The position numbers were made by a program, and so were the translations under genes. DNA of 61,577 nucleotides, counting the filler, from Sphacelaria rigidula (Eukaryota): assembly GCA_964200075.2 (NCBI GenBank). It is 11 parts of 11 records of this genome, joined end to end, with 100 filler letters (N's around TTAATTAATTAA, not from the genome) between each part and the next. Parts side by side here need not be neighbours in the genome. Positions count along the whole stretch, not along the records: positions 33,645 to 39,151 come from CAXNAA020026763.1; positions 39,252 to 44,758 come from CAXNAA020026764.1; positions 44,859 to 50,365 come from CAXNAA020026765.1; positions 50,466 to 55,971 come from CAXNAA020026766.1; 7 more parts are not named here. One strand, 5' to 3'. Under the pieces are notes generated by a model, which was not told the origin of the DNA, made no database searches, and worked only from the letters and a program-made list of their open reading frames with translations. Below are positions 38,701-51,018 of the stretch, piece by piece (within the stretch, counting starts at the first letter, position 1; each line of letters opens with the position of its first letter).

Positions 38701-39319
38701 TCTTGCTGTATCAAAATATGCTCACCGTGCAGCACATTTGTTTTTTGTGCCCAACCTGGGTTTTGACTGTACATCATCCGACCCCACCCTGTACAATGTA
38801 TGTGAACCAAACATCCATGATAACACTAGAGTACCATCCTCTTCCCAAGGCCCTGTGTTCATCCAGTCCATTTCGTCGACTCCGGTATGGACAACTCGTC
38901 CACACCATCTCTGTAGTACCGTCCGAGTTCCAAATGGTCTCGGCGGGCAATATGTTGCGGACGGCGAGGTACCGTGGTGTGCATACGTTGTTACTGCTGC
39001 ACTATCTGAACGAAATCATCTATATTGCATTGTAGATATGAACACGGGGCGGATATAGCGGGTGTCGGGTGTTCTTTGTGTTATTATGATTATACCCATC
39101 ACATTAGCTCGATCTCTCGAACCCGTGGTCACAGAGTGCAAGGAGCATACCNNNNNNNNNNNNNNNNNNNNNNNNNNNNNNNNNNNNNNNNNNNNTTAAT
39201 TAATTAANNNNNNNNNNNNNNNNNNNNNNNNNNNNNNNNNNNNNNNNNNNNGTCACGAGTCGACTCATTATCCTAAAACCAAGTAATTTTCAGACGAATC
39301 ATTATTTGTCCGACCCTTG

Positions 39320-39498
39320 CAACATTTCGGTTATCGAAATCCAAATTTGTATGGCATGCAGTAGTTGTCAATAGCTACCGGCAAAAGTGAAAAAATGGAA
39401 CCATATCTTGAAGATTTGGTGTGGATACGTAGAGTTTATTTCTCCGGGTTCTCATACTCAATGATCAAATCCATCCCCAATTTGTAAAATCCCGTGTT
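39320..39498. mobile_element. Right arm of MITE family B (see 54335-54774), abutting a SINE fragment (39499-39565, minus)
   Basis: CAACATTTCGGTTATCGA...CCATCCCCAATTTGTA..ATCCCGTGTT matches 54598-54774. Confidence 0.7.
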
Positions 39499-39746
39499 CC
39501 TTCCCTTTCTCGACACCAGTCCGTGGTCTCAAGGGATCAACCCGCCTCTCCCCCGGTACACGCCTTAGGGCTGTACCTGAAATATTTTGAAAAGTGCTCA
39601 GGTATATTATATATATATATATATTTACGTGAATGCAACCATCATCTCCCTGCAAATAAAGATGATCATGAAATTGACAACGACAATGGAAATAATTGTT
39701 ACAGCCCCTAGACGTACGCTCGCTGTACGCAAAGTCATTTGCTCAC

Positions 39747-39920
39747 CTCCGCTTCATGGAGTTCGGCTTCGTGCTCCGACACCTTGTCACCTCTCCGTAT
39801 GTGAACCCCGACAAATTTTCGCTCCGGGAAATTTTCGGGGACGTCATCGCCGTTGATAGCCTCGTATATATGAGTCTTTATCCACGGTGTCAGGTGACTC
39901 CACAGGTAATTTGACACGAC
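39747..39920 (-). CDS. Fucosyltransferase (GT23/GT11-like) exon 5, GDP-fucose-binding motif
   Basis: GGCAG| and |GTGAGC splice sites, 174 bp, phase 0-0; VGVHIRRGDK...EA motif of alpha-1,6/alpha-1,2 fucosyltransferases. Downstream exons lie beyond the contig. Confidence 0.85.
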
Positions 39921-40165
39921 CTGCCACACACCGTACGAAACACAGGAACACGGACACAAAGAGGGGGGAGGGGAAGAATGGCAGAAATTACCCTCACATT
40001 CGACACCTTCGAAGCAGCTGCACTAACCAAGAGGTGGGTACGATGAGGAGCAAGTCTTCGACCTCTAGGTGCCTACGACAGTACCATTACCTTTTTACAA
40101 AGTACACCTGAAAGACGTGCGGCAGCGACCCCTTGTATGCACCACGTTTGTTGCGGATGCAAATC

Positions 40166-40373
40166 CTTGAGGGGCTTCCGTGTAAGGTCAGTACTGGATG
40201 AAGTGCGGACACAGTCCCATGAAGGGGGCACGATGCATCTCTCAGCACTTGCCAGTGCACTTAAAATATGGATTGGGCCACGTACGGTTGGCATCGGTTT
40301 TACGGCCTGTTCGACACCCCAAATAATATTTGCAGTGGTCACTGGGACTGACCTTACACGGAAGCCCCTCAAG
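40166..40373. mobile_element. Intronic MITE-like element with perfect 27-bp TIRs
   Basis: CTTGAGGGGCTTCCGTGTAAGGTCAGT at 40166-40192 and its exact reverse complement at 40347-40373. Confidence 0.7.
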
Positions 40374-41156
40374 TCTTGCTCGAGGTTATGCCGCCAAGAA
40401 ATCCTTCATGCAACTACAGTGTAGGAAGCTTAGAAATCGCAGATAGAACAGTGATTTCGTGCTCTCTTTTCACGTTAAAAAAAGTGCTAAAAATGACGAA
40501 TTTTTCACGGGGAGGGGGGGCGAGGACGAGGACGAGGGGGGGGAGGTACTCATGATCTTGCACGACGCATTCACATGACCATTAACCTCGCATCCGTACC
40601 AAGCCGAGACGAAGCACGACGGTTTTCGCCGGAATAGGCTTACAATCACCACGCGCGAATCGCCGTGGTGTGTTCGGCGAGTCGCATGAAGGGTGAGCTG
40701 CAGCCTGCTACGACTGTTCGGCCCGAAGCGTACTGATAACCTTGCCTATGGATGACAGCCTCGAATGAGTTGCTTTATTTTCTGGTATCGCCACTTCCAG
40801 AGACAGCCACGGCTTGTAGACTGCCTCATGGGTATTTCACCATCTAAAACACCACGTAGTATGATCATCCCCATGGCGCAGAGTTCAGGTTCTGCACCCC
40901 GCACAACATGATTTAGCTCGACCACTATCATGGCTATCGCAAAGAAAAACAAAAACGCAAGCGATGAAATAGAAAAAAACGAATACCTATTTGCCCAGCT
41001 TACGCAGTGAGTGTCATGTTTTACAGCGTCGTTGCCAACCGAAACCAACCGTCGAAAGTGCGAACGGAAAAGGGGGGGGGCTTGTTGCCATCATATCTGG
41101 TCACAAAAAGGGGGAAAATACTATCTACGCACGAATTTTAGCGAGAAACCACCTAC

Positions 41157-41306
41157 CGCGAGCGCTCCCATGTGGTCAACCCCGGACCCGTCGAGCGATT
41201 CGACAATCATTTCGGGAGCGAAGCGCACCGCGTTCAGCGTCAGGCTCGTTGCATCGACTCGGATCTGTTCGGACACGCCGCGGCTGTCCATGTGCTCCAT
41301 CCACAT
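41157..41306 (-). CDS. Fucosyltransferase exon 4
   Basis: TCAG| and |GTAGGT, 150 bp, phase 0-0, open (MWMEHMDSRGV...HMGALA); phase-compatible with both neighbours. Confidence 0.7.
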
Positions 41307-42138
41307 CTGACGTTTCAGGTTTTAGCAAGAAAACGGGAAATATTAATTTGAAGGAGACTTGAGCTAGAAACATCTCTGTCTACGATCCGGTTGTTGTCCA
41401 CGCATTGATGTTCGCGTGCTTGACAAAAAATTACCTGAAAAAACACACACACACACACACACACACAGCAGGTCAGTTAGCCGGGAAGATAACCCCAAAA
41501 ATGTCGTGGCTTCCAAGTCTCGATGTCTTTAGAATGAAATGTCACCCATCCATGATAACAATTGTAAAGTACGACGGCACTTTAGACTCCCTCTTTTCCA
41601 CATGGTGTGTATGAGTAGGCGCACGGTTGTTTCGAAACGAACAACACGGATGCATGGCAAGAGGATTTTACCTCGAGGCACATATTATTGAAAAGTTCCA
41701 TGCTTTGCTAGGGTGGCCGTGGTGGACGGATGCACCGTGTCCGGGCAGTGTCGAGAGCTAGTCAAATGTGCGCACAATGTACGACCATAGCGAAGCAGCT
41801 TGGAACGTGACGGTATGCGCACCCAGGTACTCTTCTGGCCATCATCGCAGTTTCTAGTACGGCTTCTCGAATCTCCCCGCGAGGGGGTTTCACCGGCACC
41901 TGGTTCCAACTTGCAAGGAGAACCTATTTCCTTCCTTGACAGAGAGGCCAACAAGTTTTGCATCCAATCTTGTCAACAAAGATCACGGTTTGTTTTCAAC
42001 TTCATATATTTCCTTTTCTCCATATATATATATATATATATACATTTTCTCCCACAGCATTTTCCAATTCTCCAACATCAAGTGAAAGCGCCGCGACCAT
42101 GACCGCCGCCTCCCCCAATCTCTCTAATCATCTCGTAC

Positions 42139-42320
42139 CGTATCGTTGTCGAACGTGCAGAGGTGAGGCATGGGCTCGAACAAGCAGCTCCAACCGACAG
42201 TTTTATTGCCCTCGCTGTCATCACCACACGCCACGTGGTCCAGCTGATGAGGGTCGATTACGAGTGCTATATCTTCCCATTTTTTCACGGACAAGGCGTA
42301 CACCCAGGCGTTCAGCATGT
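42139..42320 (-). CDS. Fucosyltransferase exon 3
   Basis: TGCAG| and |GTACGA, 182 bp, phase 1-0; MLNAWVYAL...GWSCLFEPMPHLCTF. Confidence 0.8.
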
Positions 42321-42371
42321 CTGCACACATCGGAAGCAGCGCGGGAGGGGGACGGGGGAGGGGGGGGGGGG

Positions 42372-42700
42372 GGGGGTACTCATTTGTTGCTTGCCTTAGT
42401 CGTTTGACCATTGACCACGCATCCCTTTCGAGACGGTGCACGGGCAACGGGGGAGGCGTGTGTCTCTGATATGGGGAAAATGCATGTACCTGTCAAAGGG
42501 CCAACGATGCCGCTTGACTAAAAGAGGAACTGAGGTATATTTAGTGCAGGAGTAGCATCGATACACGAAAATCAAGTCGAGGAACATCCGCGAGTGATCA
42601 ATAGAACATGCTCCGTAATAGATGGTCATCTGCCGTGTTACCTCAAGGAACACAATGAATGCTCAAGACACTGAGGCAAGCAACAAATGACTACACCCCC
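42372..42700. mobile_element. Intronic TIR element; related end at 33490-33544
   Basis: GGGGTACTCATTTGTTGCTTGCCTTAGT / ACTGAGGCAAGCAACAAATGACTACACCCC; 42390-42436 matches the reverse complement of the contig end 33496-33544. Confidence 0.55.
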
Positions 42701-42943
42701 TGCCCCCCCACAGGAAAAAACAGCACTTTTCACATGAACCCTGTCCGCGCTGCCCCCGTCTCCTGACAAAAAAAAACAAGAAAACGTTTCAAACTCACTA
42801 TACAGTACGGGGAAGCGTGCAGTGTGAAGTTCCGAGCCCCCTACCGCTTTCGATCCACGTGCAAAACCCCCCGCCCACGTCCTCACCTCCTCAAAACCTC
42901 ATCACACTCATCACAAAATTAAAATGACAGGACGGAACTCAAC

Positions 42944-43117
42944 TGTTCATATTACTGCCGAACCCATAAGGTCTCCAGGTGTAGCTGCCCATCCCCACCC
43001 GACACCCATGATGCCCGGATCGATATTCGTTTTCCCACTGCTCGCTAAACAAAGCCAACTCGCCCGACACCACCCGTTCTCCAGTGTCTCTCCGAATATC
43101 GATTTGAACATAGGGAT
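42944..43117 (-). CDS. Fucosyltransferase exon 2
   Basis: CTGCAG| and A|GTTGAG, 174 bp, phase 1-1; ends YTWRPYGFGSNMN, giving GFGSNMNNMLNA across the junction. Confidence 0.75.
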
Positions 43118-43523
43118 CTGCAGAGCCATGCGCACAATAGGGGGGGGGGGGGGGGGGGTGTTTTTGGCTCAACAAAAGATTTCTTGGGTGTTTTTTNNNN
43201 NNNNNNCCCTCCTCCACTGTGCTACTTATTGATGTAATCAGAAAAGGGGAGCGCGCAGGTCTGCGGCAGGGGGGGGGGGGGGGGGGGGGGGGGGCTTGTT
43301 GCCTGTAACAACGGAGTTCATGCGGTTTCATGTCTAACGACTTTTTTTTCAACTGTGTTTGCATTCTTCACACGGGGTAGAAAGCGTCGTCAAGCTACCA
43401 AAGTGCAGCTGGATATGAAGAGCAAAAGCTAGTCGGAGCACTCTTCCCCTCCACAAGCGACACCTCAAGGTGGTGGCTACTGTTCGGGACAAAGCTTCTG
43501 ATCGAGACGTGCTTCCCTCTCAC

Positions 43524-43743
43524 CTCGAGAAGACTCCGTAGAGGATTCTACGCCGCCTATTGCCCCGCACAGAACACCTGCAGCGATCGACAATCCCCAC
43601 CCCCGCAGGAAATTCTCCCGTCGTCGCTGTAGGGCAGCGACCGGCCCGGGAACGCGGTCACTTTCCGGGTTTCGTTGTTCTTGTCGACCCACCAGTCCAC
43701 GCGGGGTGTTGGATACAACGCCAATTTTCATCGTGGGCGCCAT
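43524..43743 (-). CDS. Fucosyltransferase probable exon 1 (weak signal-anchor)
   Basis: AAAATGGCG start context, G|GTGAGA phase-1 donor matching exon 2; hydrophobic stretch WGLSIAAGVLCGAIGGV after basic RRR. Confidence 0.55.
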
Positions 43744-44858
43744 TTTAAGGCTCCTGTTTTCACCACTTTTTTGGTGGAGGCGGCGAACAGTTTATTATTA
43801 AACCTCTATTGTGTCCCTCTCCTCGCGCGAACGTTTCTGATAATAGCAGCTCCTGTTGCGTCCAGGTGACCCACGACGACTTTGCATCGGAATACACACG
43901 CAAAACAGTAGTGGAACGGGAGGTAGAGCAGAGTTAAAAAAAAAAATGCAAAACGTGAAACGTTTTTCGGACGGTGAACGAGAGCCTGCAAGAACATGAC
44001 ATCACGGTCGAGGGGCACTAGTTTTGCAGTGAAAACTGACCGTTCTGTGCAGGGTCAGGTTCGAGGAGCCAGCTTTGGAATGAGATTATTCCGTTTCGAC
44101 TTGGATTTCGACTTCATAGACACGTTTTTTCACGCTGTATACCGGCTGAAATGAGTATATATTTTCCCTCGTATCTGTCCTCCTGGAAACCAACCGTAGC
44201 GCCACCACCCTGTTACAGTACAGCACACTACTACAATGCTGATGCTCCTTCCATTACCGTCGTTGCCTACACCTACGCGTGCTGTACTCCAAACGTTCGA
44301 CTGCACTACTGTACTGCTGTACGAGTACTACGGTATCCCGGAAACCAAAGCGACCGAGGGTCGCTCGCCGTCAGACATCGTTGCGTATCATGTTCGCGTG
44401 CTGGTGCATGTGTGATGTTTCAACGACAAATCGCCGCAATTAGAGGATCGTGCGGTTGTATTGTACGTCTCGAGCTGTGCTGTCTGCGATTGGATATCTT
44501 TGTTCCAACACCGTACGAGTGATGCAGGATGATGTCGCATACTATCTACCGCCACTTCCCATGCATCGCCGCACTCGATCCAACAGCATTGGGAATCTGA
44601 GGCAAGGCCATGGCTGCAGAAAGAGGAGACGTCGAGATGTCCAACAAACGCAACATCGGGGTAACATGGATCGCTCCCGACAGACTTGCTTCCACCTGTC
44701 GCGCCTGCTGCTTCATCCAGTCTTACGCCAAAAGAGAAAAAAAAAAAAAAATCGGAACNNNNNNNNNNNNNNNNNNNNNNNNNNNNNNNNNNNNNNNNNN
44801 NNTTAATTAATTAANNNNNNNNNNNNNNNNNNNNNNNNNNNNNNNNNNNNNNNNNNNN

Positions 44859-47800
44859 CGAATACACGTGAGCGTGATCGGCTCCGACCACTCACCACAG
44901 ACCTGTCCACGTGGATATCAACTTTGGCGTCACACCTTGCCTCCGAACACGGGCATACCATGCGAAATCGCCAACTGCAGACTTGGGCAACACAACCTGG
45001 CCCTGAGCAAACTTGCGTTTGGTTTCGCGAGACACCACGACAGCAGCTTGCACTTCGTTACAAAACCGCACTTGCTCGTCAACCACGCCTCGAACCTTGT
45101 CACGCAACGACTCAGCATCCATGACATCGACGTTCCACTCGTCGCCAGTGACAGAAGCCAGCGCGGAAAACGCTATACGCGACGCACGCCCAAACATCAC
45201 GCAAAACGACGCTGTTACTGGCCATAGGAAAATAATGAGCAGCGTCGCCGACTGTTTTGCGCTGCGCGGTACGAATGACATCTAACGAGGGCAGCGAATC
45301 ATCGGCATCACACGGGCTGTACACGGCAACAGAACGAACAGGCACGGTAGGAGCCTTCACCAAGCGAGACAACAAATCTCCCCAACAATTGAGCTCTCCA
45401 GGAATGTGTTCAATGACATACTGATACTGGCCTAATACTTCTTTCCAATTTTCAAGCCGTTGTGCCATGGCCTTCGTCACCGATGTGACGCACTCTTCGG
45501 GGTTAAAAATGTACTTGAGATTGCGATGATCGGTGAAAATGCGGACACCACCCCAAAGCAAGTACTCTAGCCTTCGAAACGTATTGACTATCGCGAAACC
45601 TTCCTTGTCCACTGTCGCCCACCGCAACTGTGGACCCTTGAAGCTACCACTCAGAAAAGCCAGCAATGGTTCGTGTGACATGTTTTCGAGCGCAATGCCA
45701 CTGCTAAACTCTGCGACGGGCACTTGCGTTGAAAAACTACCCCAGTGCAGATCCGAAGCATCTGGAAACACGGGAACAACGCACCCTGGACGAAGATGAT
45801 ACAGCGGCACCACTTGCGCCACCAAATCTTGCGCAGCACGCCATGCCCGCACACGATCATCCGTCCAAACGTCCTCCGGAATGATACGATCACGTGCCGC
45901 TTGGTCCGACGCGAAGCCCCGACCATGAGTTGTTCCAGAAACACTCGAAGCGGAGCAACTACTTCCGCCATGCGCGGCAGCGAAGTCCGCAACCAATTCA
46001 CCGCCTGCAGAAACTGCATCAGCTCACTAGCGTTTTGAGGACGTCGCATATTGCTCAAACCTTGAATACGGACGGGATCATGCGAAACAGTACCCTTGGA
46101 GTACACCTTATCACATCAAACCACTTGGCGTGCAAGAAAAGTACACTTATGCGCAGCGACGAACAGACCAACTATCCCCAGGCGGCCAAGAATTTCCGTC
46201 AAGCAAAGCTGACAGTGCTTCTTCGGTTTCAGCAAAATAGATAACGTCATCCACCCACACTTTACAATCGAGACCTCGCAAAATGTCAGTCAGCACACCT
46301 TAAAAACACGCCGTGGCTTTCAACACGCCCTGCGGGACACGAGTAGGCGTAAACAAACCGTCCGGCGTGACGATCGTGAAGATTTCCTGAGCCTCCGGCG
46401 CCAGAGGCATCTGGCAATACCCCTGTAGCAGGTCCAACTTGCCGAAGTATTGGGCTCCCAGCAACTCCCGCATGTCTTCTTGGCTTGGCATCACCCCCGG
46501 AGACTGTTCCACTTGCGCATTCACCGCCTGATAGTCGCTGACCAAACGGAATATGTCCCTTTTCGGCACCGCCATCGCCGGACTCGCCCACACAGCCTGG
46601 ATGTTCCTCACCACTAAACCAGACGCCACCAAAGCTACGATGCATGAGACAAGCCACCCGGTCTTCACCGTATCGTACCGTCTGGGCTTGGCCTTCACCG
46701 CATTTGCCTGGGGTTCAAGCTGCACCCTCATGGGCTCAACGCGCGCTGGCGGATTACCACGCAGCGCACGGCGAAATGTATCTACGCGACGAGCCAAAAT
46801 ATCACGCAGACAATTCGCCATCGGCGCTCAGGCCCTTCTGCTCGGCCTGCCGCACATTATCCTCAAGCGCACGTTCCCGTGCACTCTCTCCTCTGCTGGG
46901 TCCATGAACATGTCAGGCCCCCGATCGACCAAGCGCTCTACCGATTCATCAGCAGGAGCCTCCTCCTCATTGGCGCTCTGGAATGACCGCATGGATACGA
47001 TCACACGCCTTGCAGCAAGGTAACTCGGGTTTTCCACGCCGGTTTGCACCGGCACAGCACGCGGACGTAACTTCTCCGACGCCGGCGGATATAAATCAAT
47101 CCCGAGCTCCTTCATTTTCGCCATCCCTAATAGAACCACGTTGTCCCTACCGGGTATGACAGCGAAAGTAATGGGCTGCAACTCCACAGCCCCCCACGGC
47201 GTACGCATGCTGACAGTAATTGGCACCGTTTTGTGTGTAACCGTCACGGGAGCACCCCTGGCGGTCTGCACCATTTGCGGTCCGTTTTCAAACGGAATCT
47301 GAAGCTGAGCGCCGCCAAACTGCGAAGACATTTGCTCCAACAAACCCAGACCGATCGACGTGAGCGCGGACACAGAAATCCAGAATAACTCGGGCCATGA
47401 ACGAACCTACAGAACCAGGCAAGGCTAAATCTGCGCGTAAGCATTCAGCCTTGCGATCGACAGGTACCACGCCTGCCGAAGAACCCTGTTCTGCATCAAG
47501 AGTCACCTGACGCCATCGATAGCTGCGAATCGTCGGTCCAACCAGACCAAGTCACCGAATATGCAGACGGCGCTGTTACAGCCGTCGCAGCAGTAGGGAA
47601 TGCACCAGACACGGATCCTGCCTGGCCGAGGGGTTGCGAGCTATTCGCTCCAGTAGTCCCCACCGAAGTATTTCCATTTCCCACGTACGCTGTCCGCCTC
47701 GCTACGGACGAACCATAAGATCCAGAGTCACCACATGATAACGTAGTGGAAGAAACAGCAGCGGAGGAACCACCACCCGCCGCCGATTGCTTGCTACCGC

Positions 47801-48830
47801 GGCCGCCGCGCCCGCGTCCCTGATTGGCACGGCCCCGTCCACCGTGACCGCCTCGAGATCCTGATAAATCTCGTGCATTGTCCTGTACCGCGCCTTGAGC
47901 ATGAGGCTTAGGGCAGTCCTTGATCATATGTCCGGTGTCGCCGCAGTTGTAACACGCGCGAGTGGATGACTCTCGCGAAGACGGCTGCTGTTTCTGTTAC
48001 TGTTGGTGTTTGGGGCGCATACCACCTGCACTTGTTGCAGAGTCGCGCTGGGCATGTGCTTCAATGAACTTCCACTGGTCGGCCGCCTCAAATATCTTTC
48101 TGAACACCACCGTCGGGTTCTTTTTCCAGCGGTCAACATACGTTGGTACACTACTAACACACGCTTTGAATTCCGGAGGCGAAATCCCATCCACCAAAGC
48201 TATGGAAACCGACTCGGCCGGGCCTGCCAACCAACTCCTGTCCTCCGCACGGTACATGGCTTGCACCATCAGATTTTTTGCAAAAAACGTTCCATATCTG
48301 AACTAACCATCACAGCACGATCCTTCATGGACTTTCCATCGCTTTGCTTCATTGTAAGTACCCTACGCAGGTCTGCTGCAGCCCGCGTAGCGTCATGCTT
48401 CCCACCGGTTGTAGTATACCCGGCATGCTGCTTTACAGCATCAAGCAATTCATCGGGGGTCATAGCCCGACCGTCCTTGTACGTGTCTCCGAAGCAGCGG
48501 TGAATGTAGACAGCAATGAGTTGCCCTATGCTAACTCTTTCATGCCGTATAACTCCTTCTGAATTCGCTAGACTCCACCGCTGTATGTATGCAAGGTATA
48601 TCTTGCGAAAAAAACGCGTGATGCCTCTTCTGTCCATACTTCTCCATACTTTGACGGCTGTAGTGGCCCACCTAACACCAGCGGCGCTGCCGCCGCTTGA
48701 GCCATGTCGTCTATGCTTCACACACTTCACGGAGAGACTCTTGCCTGACTTGTGCGTCTTCCAGCTCACGGAGCGTCCCCCTCTGCTTTGCGCTTCAAGT
48801 TGGTCTCCTCCTGTCTGTGGGCTAAACTGG
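44859..48830 (-). mobile_element. Decayed Ty3/Gypsy retrotransposon: gag, CCHC, protease, RT, RNase H, integrase C-terminus
   Basis: CYNCGDTGHMIKDC 47913-47954; frameshifted VILDS.SALTSI ~47355-47395; RT FRLVSDYQAVN, KLDLLQGY.Q, TRVPQG, WVDD 46246-46257; RNase H DASDLHWG, DKEGFAIV, TDHRNL; PKLISTWTG near 44900. Confidence 0.92.
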
Positions 48831-49301
48831 CTCTAAGCTGATGTCCCCTTTTCTCCTCAGCCAAGACTCCTCTAACAGAGTGTCGGAAAAATAATAGCTA
48901 GATATTGTAGCCTCTGCCAGACGATCTGGACAAGAGGACTTTCCACGACGGATTCCTCCAGTAGCACTGGCCTCGTGCTCAACAAGTCCTTTCTTCCAAC
49001 TTGTTATTATCACGGAGTGATCCTCAAGAGACCACATCAAGAGTCAGATAGCAAGGGGCCACATAGATGAGGGTCATCAATCCAGGATTCCCTGTCCCCT
49101 GCGACTGCTCCAATCATGCATGCGATTATACTGAGACCTGCGGCTTGGTATCATTTGGCTACAGCACCAAATTATAATACTTCGGAGCTATTAGATGATA
49201 ATATTGCAGTACTACTGTACATGGTCCATTTCCGCATGATATGAACATTATCATTTGATTTACCAGCATGATCTTCAGGTTGCACGATAGCAAATACAGT
49301 A

Positions 49302-50057
49302 CTCCCTCTGGGTGGATTTATAAGCAAGGTTCGGACCAAAAGCGGTCTAACTAAAAAAAAGCGGTCTAACTCGGGCATATGAAGGTCTTTTTCCGAACCA
49401 TTTTTTTGTTGTTTTTGGACCGCCGCTGCGGAACGCACAAAACCGCTGTCTTTAGAGGTCGCACCGAAAAAGTTCATCACACCCCAGCAGAAGTTGCTCG
49501 AAATCACCACCCCAACTTTGGACCACCGCCCAAAAGCCTTCCCATCTGCTGGTGAGACATGTCTGCTGCTGAGAACGCCTCTCAGAGGCAAAAACGCAAT
49601 AATTTGGATGATCCAGAGAGAGAAGGAGTCATTTGGTACCTATTGACGCGCGGCGTCGATGGGGTTCTGAAGCGTGGCCTACGGTGCCCCAAACCAGGGA
49701 TGATAATGAAATATCCCCCCCTTTTCGAGAGGGGGCTCTTTATTTTCTTGCATCAAATAATTGTCGTGCCTCATTCATACGGGGTATTCCGGGTTGTGAA
49801 ACCTGTGGCGGGGCTTGTTTATCCGTCGCTGGGTACAAAAAAGCAGGATCTCCACCAAAATGACTGACCAGGGGATTTTAACGAACAATCCCCCCCCCAA
49901 CCTCATCGATTTTTTTTTCCAATGTGGTATCTGATCATATACAAACGTTGTCCGATGGTCCACAGTGCCCAGACGACCCGCCGTTTTGGGCCATATCATA
50001 CCAACCTCGTTATATTCCGTTTTTCCGAACCTTGCTTATAAATCCGCCCAGAGGGAG
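49302..50057 (+). mobile_element. Internally deleted Tc1/mariner element with Stowaway-type TIRs
   Basis: TA|CTCCCTCTGGG.GGATTTATAAGCAAGGTTCGGA TIR (33/34 match), TA at 49300-49301 and 50058-50059; retains a transposase-like N-terminus from 49559 (LDDPEREGVIWYLLTRGVDGVLKRG). Confidence 0.85.
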
Positions 50058-50619
50058 TAGTATATTTCACTTGCGTGGGAAGTGAAGTATGGTATACGTG
50101 AGGCAGTACAGGGTGAGTTGTCAGTTGTGTGCTGAGCAAGTGCCAGCATGGAAAATGACAAAAGTGTTTCTACAATCTGTGCACGCGTCGGACAGCTCAT
50201 GAGCTACCTGGATATTACTTCTTATTAAAGTACTAATCCGGATCATAAGCTAGCTCATTTGGCCACTATTTCCGTATTAGCTCCCGACAGCGATGGACGC
50301 CGAGCGCGCCGTGTAGCGGGAAGGTAACGCTTTGGCTCCTCGGACACTGCTGTCACGTGTTTTATNNNNNNNNNNNNNNNNNNNNNNNNNNNNNNNNNNN
50401 NNNNNNNNNTTAATTAATTAANNNNNNNNNNNNNNNNNNNNNNNNNNNNNNNNNNNNNNNNNNNNCATTCACTGATTGACCGCTTTTCACTCTCAATCGT
50501 ATCATCTACTCTCAATCTCACGAAAACACTGTTATATGCCACTTCAGCCCCATATTTTGTATGAACCCCAAAATTTAAAATCGGCTGTTGATTCGTATTT
50601 TCCCTACGAGAAAGAAATG

Positions 50620-51018
50620 CCACTTCAACCCTATTTTTGATATTAACCTCATTTTTCAGGATCCGCTGTTTCACGATTTCGTTTTTGTTGTTGACACCGT
50701 TGAAGGAAATTGATCAGCAAACACTGACAAAAAACGAAACGAAACGTTTTGGCGGGCTTTGCGATGTTCGTACGTTTGCTTTTGCTCCTTATCGCACGCC
50801 CTGTCACGATGACCTCGGATGCCGGCAACGCTCACACACATTCATGTCCGATACACAACCGCACGGTAGCGACAGCCTGTGGCCGAAGTAGCAATGTGAT
50901 ATCACGCCTCACCAAATCTGCCCGGACTCGTGGTGGGTAGTCTAGGCACACGACACGGAGCATGATCCAACAGCGGATCCTGAAAATGGGGTCGATCTCA
51001 AATATGAGGTTCGAGTGG
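50620..51018. mobile_element. TIR element with (C)CACT...AGTG(G) ends, unclassified
   Basis: ~50-bp imperfect TIR including TTTTCAGGATCCGCTGTT / AACAGCGGATCCTGAAAA. Confidence 0.55.

Noticed and set aside
44610..44720. Ankyrin-like MAAERGDVEM
   Set aside because: Single short match with no TPLH context, no second repeat and no clear exon boundaries.
49030..49165. 5' LTR and PBS of the minus-strand Gypsy element
   Set aside because: A TG start and a TGG are present, but there is no CA end, no second LTR in the contig and no identifiable tRNA complement.
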